DNA of 64,000 bases from positions 48,980,001 to 49,044,000 of the forward strand of contig NC_043013.1 of the NCBI RefSeq assembly GCF_006345805.1. The letters are read 5' to 3'. This document shows, piece by piece, positions 11,311 to 24,758 of this stretch. This DNA is from Octopus sinensis (Eukaryota). How positions within the stretch are numbered: position 1 is the stretch's first letter; every line of letters starts with the position of its first letter. A program made the position numbers and the translations under genes. The notes below the pieces were generated by a model that worked only from the letters and a program-made list of their open reading frames with translations, did no database searches and had not been told where the DNA came from.

Positions 11311-12819
11311 ATAAACACACATACACACACGCACACATATATAGTACTTAGTTGTAAACAAAAAAGTTTCTTGCTGTACGTAGCGTTTCTTTAAATGAGT
11401 TAAAAACATAATAAATGCACAAACAAACGGAAATCAGACACAGACGGTCGCTAGTTCCTCATCAATTATTGACCAGTGGGTCAACGGCAATTTCACGCTT
11501 AACCGATAATACTGAATGAATCCCCTACTGGTGGCGCCGACGGCAAACGCCGCCGAGAATGGGTGAGCCAAAACACAAGAAACAAGACAGAAAATGATAC
11601 ATAAGAATAAATGTAATCAAAAAGCGAGACAGTTAGTGGATATACGAGGGACAGAGAAGAAAACAAACAGAACTGTGAGCATACAAACGAACTAATATAA
11701 ATAAACGAACAAAATAAGGCCTTAGGGCCAGGCAGTGGACGAAAATAGTCAACGCTGGGAGAATATCCTCAAGAATTTAACAAAGAGACTGCGAAAGGCG
11801 AGAAAGTACGACTACTTAGTAAGACAACCGATCGTGAAAAGAACGAGATAAGACTGACCACAGGTCATATGTCAGTGGTAGGAGGAGGAAATGATAGAGG
11901 GCAGACAGAAACAGAGAGGGAACCTTTTCCACCTATACACATTGCATTGAAAACCCAAATCAAACTGCTGTAGTAGATATATTTTATCTTGTACGCCACC
12001 CTCTACCTCCGGTGGCTTAGTCTAGCTAATTGATAATTCTTATGTACTTGCCCCACACGCTGCCCCTATTACACATGGGGTCTTCTTCACACCATACCAC
12101 CTTGCCGCATCCCACTTCCCAACCCACACTGGCCTCGGTTGCTCTTTTCCATGTATCTTCTTGTTCTCGATATTTATATATCGATAGATAATATTTATCA
12201 CTACTTAAAGGTGGATGTTCTCTTAGATGTTCTATTCTGCAAAAGATATGAAATAAACTTTCATTTTCGATTTTGGTGTAAAATGCAAAAGGTCTTATAT
12301 ATCTATCTCTCACCATGATTGTTAGTTTCGATTTACCCTCTATTATTTGGTCCTTTTTTTTTCCTCTCTTCTTCGAAACTTTCCTATAGAGCTCAAACTA
12401 GTTGTAGTCCAATGACTTTTTTTAAGTGCAAAAAATACTTTGAGTTATTTTCTATTTTTAATAACAAATAGAAGTAATAACTTGTAAAAAATTTTCTAGT
12501 TTTAATAAAATCTGATATTTTCTAAGTATAAATATTTTATTTGAAATTTTATCTTTAGCTGCAATTTTTAAGTAAAAATTTCCTTGCTCTGAACTTTACC
12601 AGATGTAATAAGGTGCCCTGAACTTTTCAAGTGTAATAGCTTGTGCTGTACTTTTCCAGGTTAATAATCTTAGGAATATTATTTTCTTGCTCGCATTTTC
12701 CCATGTAATATAGCATTGTTGACAGAAGAGGGCTGAATGTTTGTAATTGAATAATGGGAAAAATTATGCATTTTGGCGAAAAGAGGAAAAAAGTAAGAAG
12801 GTACGACCAAATAGTGAAG

Positions 12820-13850
12820 CATCGTAAGCAAAATAAATCATTTTAAATTGACCTGAATAAATTTTATCAAGAAATAAATAAGGAAAATATATACGAAAAT
12901 GTTATATCAGAAGCAGAAGAAAGTTGTCTATTTTTGAGTGAGATATAAAGTAAGGAAAACAACATAATGTTGCGGTTGAGTGGCTACAAAATTTGAAGGA
13001 TCCTGTTTCTTCTCCACAACAGAAAGAAATTAGAAATTAAGCAGAAAACGTGCGAAAAGTAAGCAGGGAGATGAGTGTTTGGAAAGTAGCTAGATCTGAT
13101 GCCATAAAAAATAGCAGAACACTTTAATGCACCGATCAACGGAAATGAAAAGATTCCTGAATGGATAACATAGTTATACACTTTGTGTTTGAAGGATGCT
13201 TTTTCAGAAAGGAATGCTTTAGATAATTACAGATCCATATCATGCCTCCTACTGACGTAGAAACTGCTGCTCTCTGGAACAACCGCTAATGAAATGAATA
13301 TATTTCTTGATAATGGAATTTTCCCTGTTGAGCAGAAGGGTTGTAAACGGAATTGTATAGGAACTAAAAGCCAGTTACTCAAAGATAAAACGGTAATCGA
13401 AGATTCTTAAGCGAAGGAAGAGATATTTAGCAACGGGATCAATAGATTACTGTGAGGCCTATGATGAACACGTTTGCCACTGCAAAGAATGTCTAGAGTG
13501 TTTTGAGAAAGAATATGGCAAGTTGGAAGACTGAGCTCAGAATCTAGGAATAGTAAGAACGAAAAGAGGGATCTTTTAGGGGTACAGATTGATTCCTTTG
13601 CTATTTGGTTTGTGCATGATTCCTTTAACATTATCAAATGTAACATCTGAATATGAGTTTAAAAGAAAAACACCAGAAAACCAACCAGCTATTATCTATA
13701 GAAGATCTCAAAATATATAAGAGCGAAGCTCAAGTCTGTTCTCTAGTGAATACAGTTCATTTGCATTAACAAGAACACGAGATGAAATTTGGTCTAAAAC
13801 AAGTGGAACAATAATTTTGACAAAAGGGAAAGCCAACAGCAACAAATAAT
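12820..13850 (+). mobile_element. Highly degenerate R4/Dong-clade LINE reverse transcriptase
   Basis: Recognisable peptides across stops and frameshifts: PEWIT, NYRSISCLLLT*KLL, FPVEQKGCKRNCIGTKSQLLKDK, IDYCEAYD, KRGIF*G...LLFGLCMIPL, LLSIEDLKIY, EMKFGLK. Confidence 0.75.
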
Positions 13851-14630
13851 GAGTTTAGTTCGATGTTTTGCAAATGTTATATTTTGAATGTCATCTTTCC
13901 TGTTCCTTCTTGAATGAACCATCGTTAGCCGTAGAAAAGATGTGACAAGCAATGCTTAATACCTATTTTCTACCACCTTACCTGGAATTTGGATGAGTAG
14001 TACTCTTCCTTAAAAAGGGCTGCTTAAACGCAAGAACCCCCGACCGGAGTTGGTCCCAGTCACGGAAAGACACAACAAGTATGTTAGAACGAGCAGTTTA
14101 TAACTGTACGCCTCCAACTGCTTAGGTCTACACACATCGCCACCCTTCCATCACCATTGGACTTAACAGCACGACAAACGACAGTTTACCAAAAAGAGAC
14201 ATCTATACATTATTGGGTTATAATGATAAACTCTTGTACAACACGAGTCTCAGAAATTAGTACAAAGTGACAGGCCAAAGTGACATGTTCAGTAATTCCG
14301 TGAAGCCGCAGGTTTTACATGTGAATGTAGCTTCCCTAGAAGGATGCGGCGGCAACAGGTAGAGGTCCCACACTGCTAGTGGTTTTAGTGATCACCGTAA
14401 CATTAACCAAGGGGAATTTCTGCGTCTCCGCGCTCAGGTTGATTGTATTAACATATGCTAGTTAACCTGACAGATACGTTGAGACCCTGACAGACACTCT
14501 TATTCCGGGGTAGGGTGGACTTGGGAATTATTGTGGCTAAGAGGTGGTTCTACGCTCCTCGAAATTTTGAAACGCCAAAACCAGAACCCTTCTGTAGGAT
14601 GCCGTTTAAATCATACCTAGGACATACATA

Positions 14631-14670
<40 letters not shown>

Positions 14671-14704
14671 CATACATACATACATACACACATGCATATA
14701 TATA

Positions 14705-14786
14705 TCTTTCCTTTGTTTTAATCGTTATACTGCGGCCATGCTCGGGCACAGTTTTGTATAATATGTATATGTACACGCGCACACAG

Positions 14787-14849
<63 letters not shown>

Positions 14850-15110
14850 ACACACACACACATACACACACACACATGCCGTCTACAAAACCATTCACAA
14901 GGTTGAGGCTAAAGAAGAAGACACTTGCTGAAGGTGATACATAGTAACCGTGAACAAGAAGAAAACGTCTGACGCGATTCCATTTAGTTTCCATATCACT
15001 AAATTCAGTCATAAATCTTTGATAGGCTCGATGTTATGTCTATGGGGTTGTGCAGTGGCGTTGAACTCGAAACCATGCATTGGCGAAGCAATTTTCTTAC
15101 CCACACTTAT
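14705..15110 (-). mobile_element. SINE family A-related, degenerate
   Basis: ACTGCGGCCATGCT and GAAGACACTTGC motifs around a (CA)n core. Confidence 0.5.
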
Positions 15111-15140
15111 CTGTTAAGTGATATTGGTTATTAGATAAGC

Positions 15141-15511
15141 GTGGAGGCGCAATGGCCCAGTGGTTAGGGCAGCGGACTCGCGGTTTCTATTCCAAGACCA
15201 GGCGTTGTGAGTGTTTATTGAGCGAAAACACCTAAAGCTCCACGAGGCCCCGGCAGGGGATGGTGGTGATCCCTGCTGTACTCTTTCACCACAACTTTCT
15301 CTCACTCTTACTTCCTGTTTCTGTTGTACCTGTATTTGAAAGGGCCGGCCTTGTCACTCTCTGTGTCACGCTGAATATCCCCGAGAACTACGTTAAGGGT
15401 ACACGTGTCTGTGGAGTGCTCAGCCACTTACACGTTAATTTCACGAGCAGGCTGTTCCGTTGATTCGGATCAACCGGAACCCTCGTCGTCGTAACCGACG
15501 GAGTGCTTCCA
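15141..15511 (+). mobile_element. SINE family E (family C-type head and body, different 3' tail)
   Basis: GTGGAGGCGCAATGGCCCAGTGG head, shared CACAACTTTCTCTCACTCTT body, tail ending GTAACCGACGGAGTG. Confidence 0.8.
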
Positions 15512-15758
15512 TATTAGAAAGCAATCTGCTAAAACACAATTACTGTTTTTCAGCCATGGCCGTTTGTTTTTAGTTTGTTGCAACCAGTCACTCATAATTC
15601 GGAAGGTAAACAGAATAATGTTATTCTTTATGATGTAAAGTTGAAAAAATATCATACTGTAGTGATTTTAAAATGCATTTGAGTAGAGCAAATATACAGT
15701 AGAGAGTAAATTATCATCCATTTTCTAACACGCGTTTCATTTTTAAATATTTAATATA

Positions 15759-16176
15759 GGCGCAGGAGTGGCTGTGTGGTAAGTAGCTTGTTTACCAACC
15801 ACATGGTTCCGGGTTCAGTCCCACTGCGTGGCACCTTGGGCAAGTGTCTTCTACTATAGCCTCGGGCCGACCAAAGCCTTGTGAGTGGATTTGGTAGACG
15901 GAAACTGAAAGAAGCCCGTCGTATATATGTATATATATGTATATGTGTGTGTATGAGTTTGTATGTCTGTGCTTGTCCCCCCCAACATCACTTGACAGCC
16001 GATGCTGGTGTGTTTATGTCCCCGTCACTTAGCGATTCGGCAAAGAGACCGATGGAATAAGTACTGGGCTTACAAAAGAATAAGTCCCGGGGTCGAGTTG
16101 CTCGATTAAAACGGCGGTGCTCCAGCATGGCTGCAGTCAAATGACTGAAACAAGTAAAAGAGTAAAAGAGTAAAGA
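15759..16176 (+). mobile_element. SINE family A
   Basis: Full-length homolog of 1312-1757. Confidence 0.85.
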
Positions 16177-16469
16177 GAGAATACTTATCCTTCAGATGTA
16201 AACCATGAGATGATGAGACTGAATACCAACTGCATTGAGCTTATTCTAAAACCACTCATTTTGACTATAAACATCTTCAACACACGCTCACTCCCAACAC
16301 ACACAAATGCGCGCGTGCGTGTTTAAGCAAAATATTTAATAATAGACAAATATTTTTAGTTACTGTTACAGAGTTCATGAACACAGCAACAAATAGTGTC
16401 GCAGGCCACATGTTTATGTATATATAAATTCAATTCTATTTATCAACAGCAATATTGTTAATATTTACT

Positions 16470-16542
<73 letters not shown>

Positions 16543-16588
16543 TACTCACACACTACATACACACTCACACGTGTGTGAGTGTATCTGC

Positions 16589-17021
<433 letters not shown>

Positions 17022-17982
17022 TCATTAGTATTATTTTATAAATAACATATGTATAATCAATCATTATCTTAACTATATATATACGAGCTAGTATCTTTTA
17101 GTATGGATTTTTTTTTCATTTAAATTGGTTTCTGCCAGTTCAGTTCTATAGCAGCGCAGCACTATTAAATTCAGTGGCCGAGAAGTAGGTCTCCAAATAA
17201 CTGAGGTATTTAACTTAAAATGAAAATCGATATATGTGTTCTTTCTACCTGAAATTATATTTGTTTCTGTGGCGTTATACTGAAACGTTTGTTGAGTAGG
17301 TAATTAGATGTAAGATTCCACCTGAAAGAGCAGATGCTGCCATAATAACTAGTAGTTAAGTGGCAGATTTCATGGGAAGTGCCCGGGTGTTTAAACTATG
17401 TTTGGAAAGAAATATCTTTCACCATTACACCGCAAGGGAAATGTTTTAGATACTAAATTACTTTACTAAACTGAATTGCCTATTGTTTTCAAATACCACT
17501 CCAAATATGTATCTATTAAAAGATACATAACGAGGTGAATTTACCAAAATATAGCACTCTTTAACTTTTCAAAACAATACGAAAGAAAAATAAAATTTCT
17601 GCGAAAATTATCAGTTATTAAATGATCTGATACAAAAATAGGTTTGTGATAAGAAACGTAGAATTCACGAAGGTTTATATATCACGATTCACTTTACGTT
17701 TGCTTCTACCTGGAGATTAGCTTCTGTTGTAGACTTTGTTGTTACAGTTATTAATTGTGTAATCGCTATTTAATAAAACCAACACAAACGTTGGAATTTC
17801 CAACGTATTCTGTAATATAGAAACGGAAACTCCACTGAGAATGATTTGCGAAGGACAATGATATCTTGGGTTATAATATAACTGAACAACTTACTCAGTT
17901 CTTGGATTTCACTGAAAATTTTGAATAATTAAACTTCGGCATTACAGGAAATTGTCACGATGGTTTAAAAAGTATGTACATA

Positions 17983-18140
17983 GGCGCAGGCGTGGATGTG
18001 TAGTAAGAAGTTTGCTTACCAACCACATGGTTCCGGGTCCAGTCCCACTGCATGGCGTCATGAGCAAGTGTCTTTCACTATAGCCTCGGGCCGATCAAGC
18101 TTTATGGGTGGTTTTGGTAGACGGAAACTGAAAGAAGCTC
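17983..18140 (+). mobile_element. SINE family A, 5' half
   Basis: Head through GACGGAAACTGAAAGAAG. Confidence 0.7.
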
Positions 18141-18277
18141 TAGTATACACACACACGCATACACACACATATGTCTATATGTGTTTATGCATATATATGT
18201 GTGCCTCCGAACAGTTATGATGATGCAAACAGGAAAATAGGACTCAATGTATGAGTATGTATATATTTTTGTTAATA

Positions 18278-18361
18278 TTTAGTAGAAGCAACAGAGTGAC
18301 TCGAGGTCCAAAAGTTTCGTGCTTTAGCCCTTATCAAAAAAACTCTGTTGCTTCTGCTAAA
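18278..18361 (-). ncRNA. Hammerhead-like motif with U3-A8 core variant inside a long hairpin
   Basis: Minus strand reads TTTAGCAGAAGCAACAGAGT-TTTT-TTGATAA-GGGC TAAA GCAC-GAA-ACT TTTGGACCTCG AGT-C-ACTCTGTTGCTTCTACTAAA. Confidence 0.5.
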
Positions 18362-18459
18362 CATTAATATATATATAATATATATAATATAATATAAATA
18401 ATATATAGATATATGCATATATACGTACATATATGTACATACCTACATATATATGTATA

Positions 18460-18660
18460 TATACATGCATATACAGGACATAAAAAAACGTTGAACAGAA
18501 TGAGAGACGAAAACATAAAAGCAAAAACATAGAAAACGAACTTTTTTCGAACAACGAAAAAAACAAACAAACAGAGAAACGAGACAATCAACATAAAGAA
18601 CATTCCCCTTCATCAGTTGTCCCTGTTTCATCTACGCCGCGTTTTCGAGAGCAAGGGTAA
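18460..18660. repeat. Interspersed repeat, also at ~56860-57025
   Basis: Shared CAGGACAT.AAAAAA.GTTGAAC...AACATAGAAAACGAAC...CAACATAAAGAA.ATTC.CCTTCATCAGTTGT.CCTGTTTCATCT.CGCG. Confidence 0.7.
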
Positions 18661-18995
18661 GACACGACTTCGTTGAAACAATCCTTCCTGCAAAACAAAT
18701 TAAATAAAATTTGGGATTTATTTTTTGCGGAGGGTGAAAGTGGTAACAAGAACAGGACAGTGAAAACAAGTCAGTAAAAACAGACGGTGAGGGCTGTTAA
18801 GTCAAGACGATAGAAAAATTGTTATGAACGCTAGGAAGACGAACTCATGAGAGGAGATAGGTATAAACACGTGTTGTCTTTAGGAAGGATATGGGCAGAA
18901 AGATAGATTCCATTTCCTCACGTGTCAGCGACAGAGAGTCAAGGAGGAAGAGTCAGAGAGAGGGAACGGTGAAGAGGAGAGAAGCATATATATAT

Positions 18996-19710
18996 TCTTT
19001 TTTGCCATGTGTGAGTTACAAATATTGTTGTCTGTGGTGACATATTTTTGTAGAAAAAGGAAATAGTAATCTTTTGGCTGCTATTTCTAAAATTTTCGGT
19101 ATGTGGTCAAGCAACTTGTTGCTAAACCCTTATTGTTATATTTATATATATAAAAAAAAAAATTTGTGTAAGTTTTTACTGAATATGGTCCTTTTCCATA
19201 ACGAAATACTACCAGGTGAAATTTGTTGATTTTATTAAATTAATAAGTTTTCACCCTATATCTGTAATGATTATTTCAATGCCCGACGACAAAACTACGA
19301 ATCTTTTTTCGGCAGTACTATTTTGTGACACACATGGTAGAAAATTGGAGGGATATACGAATTCACTCGTCTATATAAATGGGGATATGCTGATTAGCTT
19401 TTATATGTTCTGATGACGCTTGGTCAGACATATAAGGGGTAAGTTCTCCTAGCATCTTCAGATTTATATTTATCGAAATATTATGTTGACAAAGGAAATC
19501 AGTCTTATGATTCTAATCCAGAAACACGTCCATAATTAATCGAAGACTGTTTGATTTCATTATTTTTCTTCTTTTTTGCCATGTGTGAGTTACAAATATT
19601 GTTGTCTGTGGAGACATATTTTTGTAGAAAAAAGAAATAGTAGTCCTTTGGCTGCTACTTCTAAAATTTTCGGTATGTGGTCAGGCAACTTGTTGCTAAA
19701 CCCTTATTGT

Positions 19711-19715
<5 letters not shown>
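18996..19715. repeat. Direct repeat pair (~150 bp; ~18996-19145 and ~19572-19715)
   Basis: TTTTGCCATGTGTGAGTTACAAATATTG...CCCTTATTGTTATAT duplicated with a few substitutions. Confidence 0.85.
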
Positions 19716-19790
<75 letters not shown>

Positions 19791-20949
19791 TATATATATG
19801 TATGTATGTGTATGTATGTATGTATGTATGTATGTATGATGTATGTATGTATGTATGTATATGTGTATATATATATATACACACACATATATACATATGT
19901 GTGTGTGTGTATGCGTTCTTGTGTGTGCGTGCGTGTACGTGCATGTGCGTGTACGTGCATGTACGTGTGTGTCCCTGTCTGTCTGTCATTGTCCCCCACT
20001 ACTGCTTGACAACCGTTGTTAGTGTGTTTACATCCCTGTAACAAATAAAAGATATCTATAGTCTACTCGACATTCGCTTTATGTTACCATTTTTAATGGT
20101 TGCTTTGAAGGGTTTCTAAACTCACGTTACATTATCGTATCCATGCCATTATTTGAAATTTTTCAAGATCTTATCAAGCGTGAGAAATCTGGGTTCTAGA
20201 AACAGTAGTTATACAATCTCTACTCTTGGCGTTTACAGCGAATATATTATTTCGCAAATGGACTACATATACACCACATTCATTGATTTCTACTGTATAG
20301 TATCATCTGTTATTTTCACAGATTCCTTTAAGAGTTTCATCTCTGTAATATATCCTGCGAATACATATTCTAATTATCCAAGTTGTTATGCTATCTATAT
20401 GCTTATTTTTACATCGTGTTTTATTTTTATTTTTACGCACTGTTAAATGGATTCTAAGGGGAAAAGCAAGGTCTATATTTTTTCTGTTATCTTTTACTTG
20501 TTTTAGTTATTAGACTGCGGCCATGCTGGGGCACTGCTTTGAAAGGTTTTAGTCGAACAAACCGTTCTCAGGACTTATTTTTAAAGCCTAGTACTTATTA
20601 TGTTCCTACATTATTCCGTATAAATCAAATTGAGTATGCTTATTTCTTAGTATTTGAACTATTTGAGTTATTTTCGCAATTTATCCAGTGCAACGCTTAA
20701 ACAAGTAAATAGTATTTTCCTAATCAATAGATCCACTTATTTCGGTTAGTGACTTATTCACGAATATACCGACACTGGCGCCGCTGAGGGTAATATTCTC
20801 TGTGAACGAACAAAAGCATTTTTCAGAGTTATTTACTTTGAATTGCTATTATCTCATATCTGATTAGCGTGTTATTAAGTAATATGCTTCACAATTTTAG
20901 TATACATACCTTATTAGAATTTCCTCCTATGTTCTATATACTCTGGGAA

Positions 20950-21700
20950 CGTATTAATGCTCTTTTCGGGGCTACTTTATTTGAATTCTTACTATCGGGT
21001 AATTAATTTCATGTTATTTCATAACTGATTTCACAATTTAGGCATTCATAACTTATTGGAAATTCCTAAAAGCAAGATCCTGTGTAAGACTGTTCGGTAT
21101 TCTCGGTAGATGCACAAAAACCGTTTTAAGGGCTACATACTTTGTATTGTTGTTACTAGATTAGCGAAGCAGTCTGGATTGTTAGCCTGCTTTGGCATTA
21201 AATTCCCCCATAACCATCTTAATCCCTCGATTTGGTATACTGTCAAGGGTTTTTCTGGAGACAATTGTAAGCTTTCCCTTTCTTCATCATTTGCTATAAT
21301 TGTTAGCGTGTAGCACTGTCTTATGGTTTTGCTTTTAAGTCCAATTTTAAGGACTCTGTCTGAGATGAGTCTGTAGCCTAAAAGTGCTTCTTTTAAGATT
21401 TTAGATAGAAATGTCTTTAGATCGTGCCTTTAGCCAGTTTCTTTCAACTTTATTGAGAAAATTATTATTTTTTAGTTATGAGTTTTAAAATGTTTTCACT
21501 GCTGGTCCAATTTACTTTGCTTATACCAAGAATTGTTATCTTGTTATTGTCCATTTCGTTACATATAATATATTCAACTTACCCATTTCTTTCAGTTTTC
21601 ATGTGTTCAATGTTCCAATTCTGAACTTTAATCTAAGTTGTTTTTCATTACCAGCCAGGCTCTCCACTGTCCAATCCTCTCCTTGGTGACCCACGCAACG
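20950..21700 (-). mobile_element. Degenerate RTE-type LINE, AP endonuclease region
   Basis: Minus strand gives KFRIGTLNT, CNEMDNNKITILGISKVNWTSS, QCYTLT and LDSIPNRGIKMVMG.FNAKAG. Confidence 0.65.
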
Positions 21701-22889
21701 AGCGATGTGGTCTGAAGTTTCATTATAGTCAGTCGTATCATAGAGGGCGGGCAGGAGAGAAGATAAGAGAGATGGAGCCCCCAATATCCCTTTCCCAATC
21801 GCAGTGCCAACTAACTGACGGTTAATTTCTGTAATATGAATTACATGTACACTGCATTACGCCAGGCATTTATCATAAAAGGTCGCAGAGAACCATTTCT
21901 TCATCATCTTAAGATACCCACTGCCTTGTTGCCAACAGCTTTACAGTAGCTCTGGCACGGGAAGCTAATAGGGTGCTATCCTTACTCAAGAAAACCCTAG
22001 GCTGCAGTTTGACGTCATGTCCCGGACCAAATCCACAGTTCTCCTTCTAAATGTTCATTCGGCTGCATCTCTCATGATTAATTCATAGTTAATGTACGAG
22101 AATAAACATTGGAACTATGGTTCTAAGTGGATCACGGCATTCCACCATTAACGTCGAGACAACAGCTATAAGTCCAAATGATATTTCTTTTGATCAATGT
22201 GTCTGGCACATCATAATTACTTCTGGATGATTGGTTTACTAAATGATCTATTTGAGAAATGGGTTACAAAATCGTTGTCATTCTGTATCATTAAGAGACC
22301 TTTGATCTTGCAATGGAGTGGCTTATACAGATGCATCTGAAACTGATTACGTTTAAACAATGTCTACATTTCTGGCAAAACATTGCAACGAAAATTGTTT
22401 TCATTCCATAAAGATATTAATTTATGATAATAGAATGGAAAAAGTAAAGGCAATTAAACCGACACCAATACTTGACAGGTATATAAATTATCGTCTGTAG
22501 AAATACGTTGAACATAATCTTGTCTGAGAGTTTGCTGTTTCTGTTGGCACTCTATATCTATATCTACAGGCATCGATATTTGTCTTGAAACAACATGACT
22601 ATTTCTCAATTATGTTTTAATAGAAAAATTATACAAAAATCTCGAGTTCGTGGTCCAAACTTTGGAATCTAGATATTTACAAAACACAGTTGTAGTAGAG
22701 TAGATTTAGTATGAAGGACAGAAACGTTGTCATTTTTGACATCAAAACCTTTTTTTCACTCTCTTTCATAATATAATTCTTTGATTAGTTTCAGCTTCGA
22801 AGCTGCGGCCATACTGGATCACTTCTCTCATTGTCTCTTTATTTTTCTCTCTTTCTTTAACTCTTCTCTTGTTTCGCTGTCTCACACGT

Positions 22890-23125
22890 TTTCTCACATT
22901 CGTCTCATCCTGGCAACCAACTACTTGACAGAGGACATCAGAACTGTTCTTTACCCTCCCTACAGTCCAGACAATATTCCCTGTGGCTCTTGGTTATTTC
23001 TCGGGATGAAGGAGGTTGTGACAAAGGTCTTGGTCATCTTAACTTTAGAAGACTTCCATGGGGCTTTCACGAAATGATTGGAGCACTACATCAAGTGCAT
23101 TGAAGTTAGAGGATACTACTTGTTA
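22890..23125 (+). mobile_element. Mariner transposase C-terminal remnant
   Basis: VLYPPYSPDNIPCGSWLF (YSPDL-like motif) followed by LEDFHGAFTK*LEHYIKCIEVRG. Confidence 0.7.
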
Positions 23126-24190
23126 TAATACTTTTCTCTGAATTATGTAAGCAACGTACTTTATTACAATAATTTGACGTTAGGTGACTTGACAATCTGG
23201 TATCGGTATCTTTCTAAGTATTAAAAAAATAATAATAAAAAATACTGAGAACGATATTTATGTCGCTACTTATCAGAGAAATATTAAAATTAAACACGGA
23301 AATGAGAAAAAAAGATTGCTTGAATGAGATTTATCTTATATACCGTGTTTTTCTTTTTTCTTTTTGTCAGTCAATGACTTCTAGCTTGCTGTCTTTATCA
23401 ATAGCTGAAATTTGATATTTAGATTCAAGAGAGGAAGCATCGTAATAAAATTGTAATGAAGAAATGAAAACAATATAGGTATGAGATTTCAAAGCAAACA
23501 AAATATTTCTCTACAAGTATTGAATAGAACCTAGTATCGAAAACGATAGAATATTCCTCATGTCGGCTGGAGCAACTATATTCGAAAAGAAACTATCTCA
23601 TTGATAAATATGAATTGATGTTATTCGTGGAGGGAACACGTTCAGCTTACGACTAAACAGAAAGTATTAACCTGTGCGGTATATAGTAACTGTTTATATT
23701 TCTGAATAGGTTCTATTACATTCTGTTCACTTCATATCTCTTTGATTGTAAATCACAGGAGGAAAAGAAAATAATCGATAAATATCAAAATATAAAGATC
23801 GATTAACATCGTTTTCGAGTTATTTACTTTATAGAAATAGTTTAATTAGCTATTTCTGTCTGATATTTATTTGTAAATGTTTTTACTTTCTGTAAATATA
23901 ACCTTACTCCAAGAATAGATTACTTCATGCTTTCGTAAATAAGAATATATATTTTATCTGTCTGTGAATGTAGTATTCTCTTATTGATAACGTTTGGTTA
24001 CTTTAATAGAGTCAAAACTACCGAAATATGGCTTCAACCAGGAAATATATTTTGATGTAATGGATATCATTGTAAGGCATCGATGATGCAGGAAAACATT
24101 TGCATTTATTTGTATTGTAATGAATCTGAAGAGGCCAATAAATAATAGAGATTTTTAAAAATTGAAAGTTTGATACAGAATAACACAGGT

Positions 24191-24501
24191 TCCTTCATCC
24201 TTTGTTCCTTCTCGAGCCGTGCCAGGCTCATAAGGGCAGGCTTCCCGGTTTCTGTGGCGTAGAAATTCCCCACCTGGACGGTACGACGGTCCGTCGCAGG
24301 TGAGCTGCAAGATGCAGGAGGAAAGAGTGAGAGAAAGTTGTAGCGAAAGAGTCAGCAGAAGTTCGCCATTACCTTCTGCCGGAGCCGCGTGGAGCTTAGG
24401 TGTTTCGCTCATAAACACACACATCGCCCAGTCTGAGATTCGAACCTGCGATCCCTCGACCGCGAGTCCGCTGCTCTAACCACTAGGCCATGTGCCTCCA
24501 C
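24191..24501 (-). mobile_element. tRNA-derived SINE family C
   Basis: Head GTGGAGGCACATGGCCTAGTGG...GGTTCGAATC; tail GGCTCGAGAAGGAAC; homolog at 58675-58942. Confidence 0.85.
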
Positions 24502-24758
24502 TAAATAAATGTTCCTTCTCGAGCCATGCCAGGATCATAAGGGCTGGTTTCCCCGGTTTCAATGGCGTATGTGTTCCCCAGCTGGACGGGACGCCGGATC
24601 GTTGCAGGGTTACTCATTTTTGCCAGCTGAGTGGACTGGAGTAACGTGAAAATGAAGTGTTTTGCTCAAGAACACAACGCATCGCCCGGTCTAGGATCGA
24701 AACCACAACCTTACGATCATGAGTTCAACACCCTAACCACTAAGCCACGCGCCTCCAC
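24502..24758 (-). mobile_element. tRNA-derived SINE family D (different head and body, same 3' tail as family C)
   Basis: Head GTGGAGGCGCGTGGCTTAGTGG...GGTTTCGATCC; tail shared with family C. Confidence 0.8.

Noticed and set aside
11530-11560. TGGTGGCGCC as a possible LTR primer-binding site
   Set aside because: No paired LTR, TG...CA ends or gag/pol sequence nearby.
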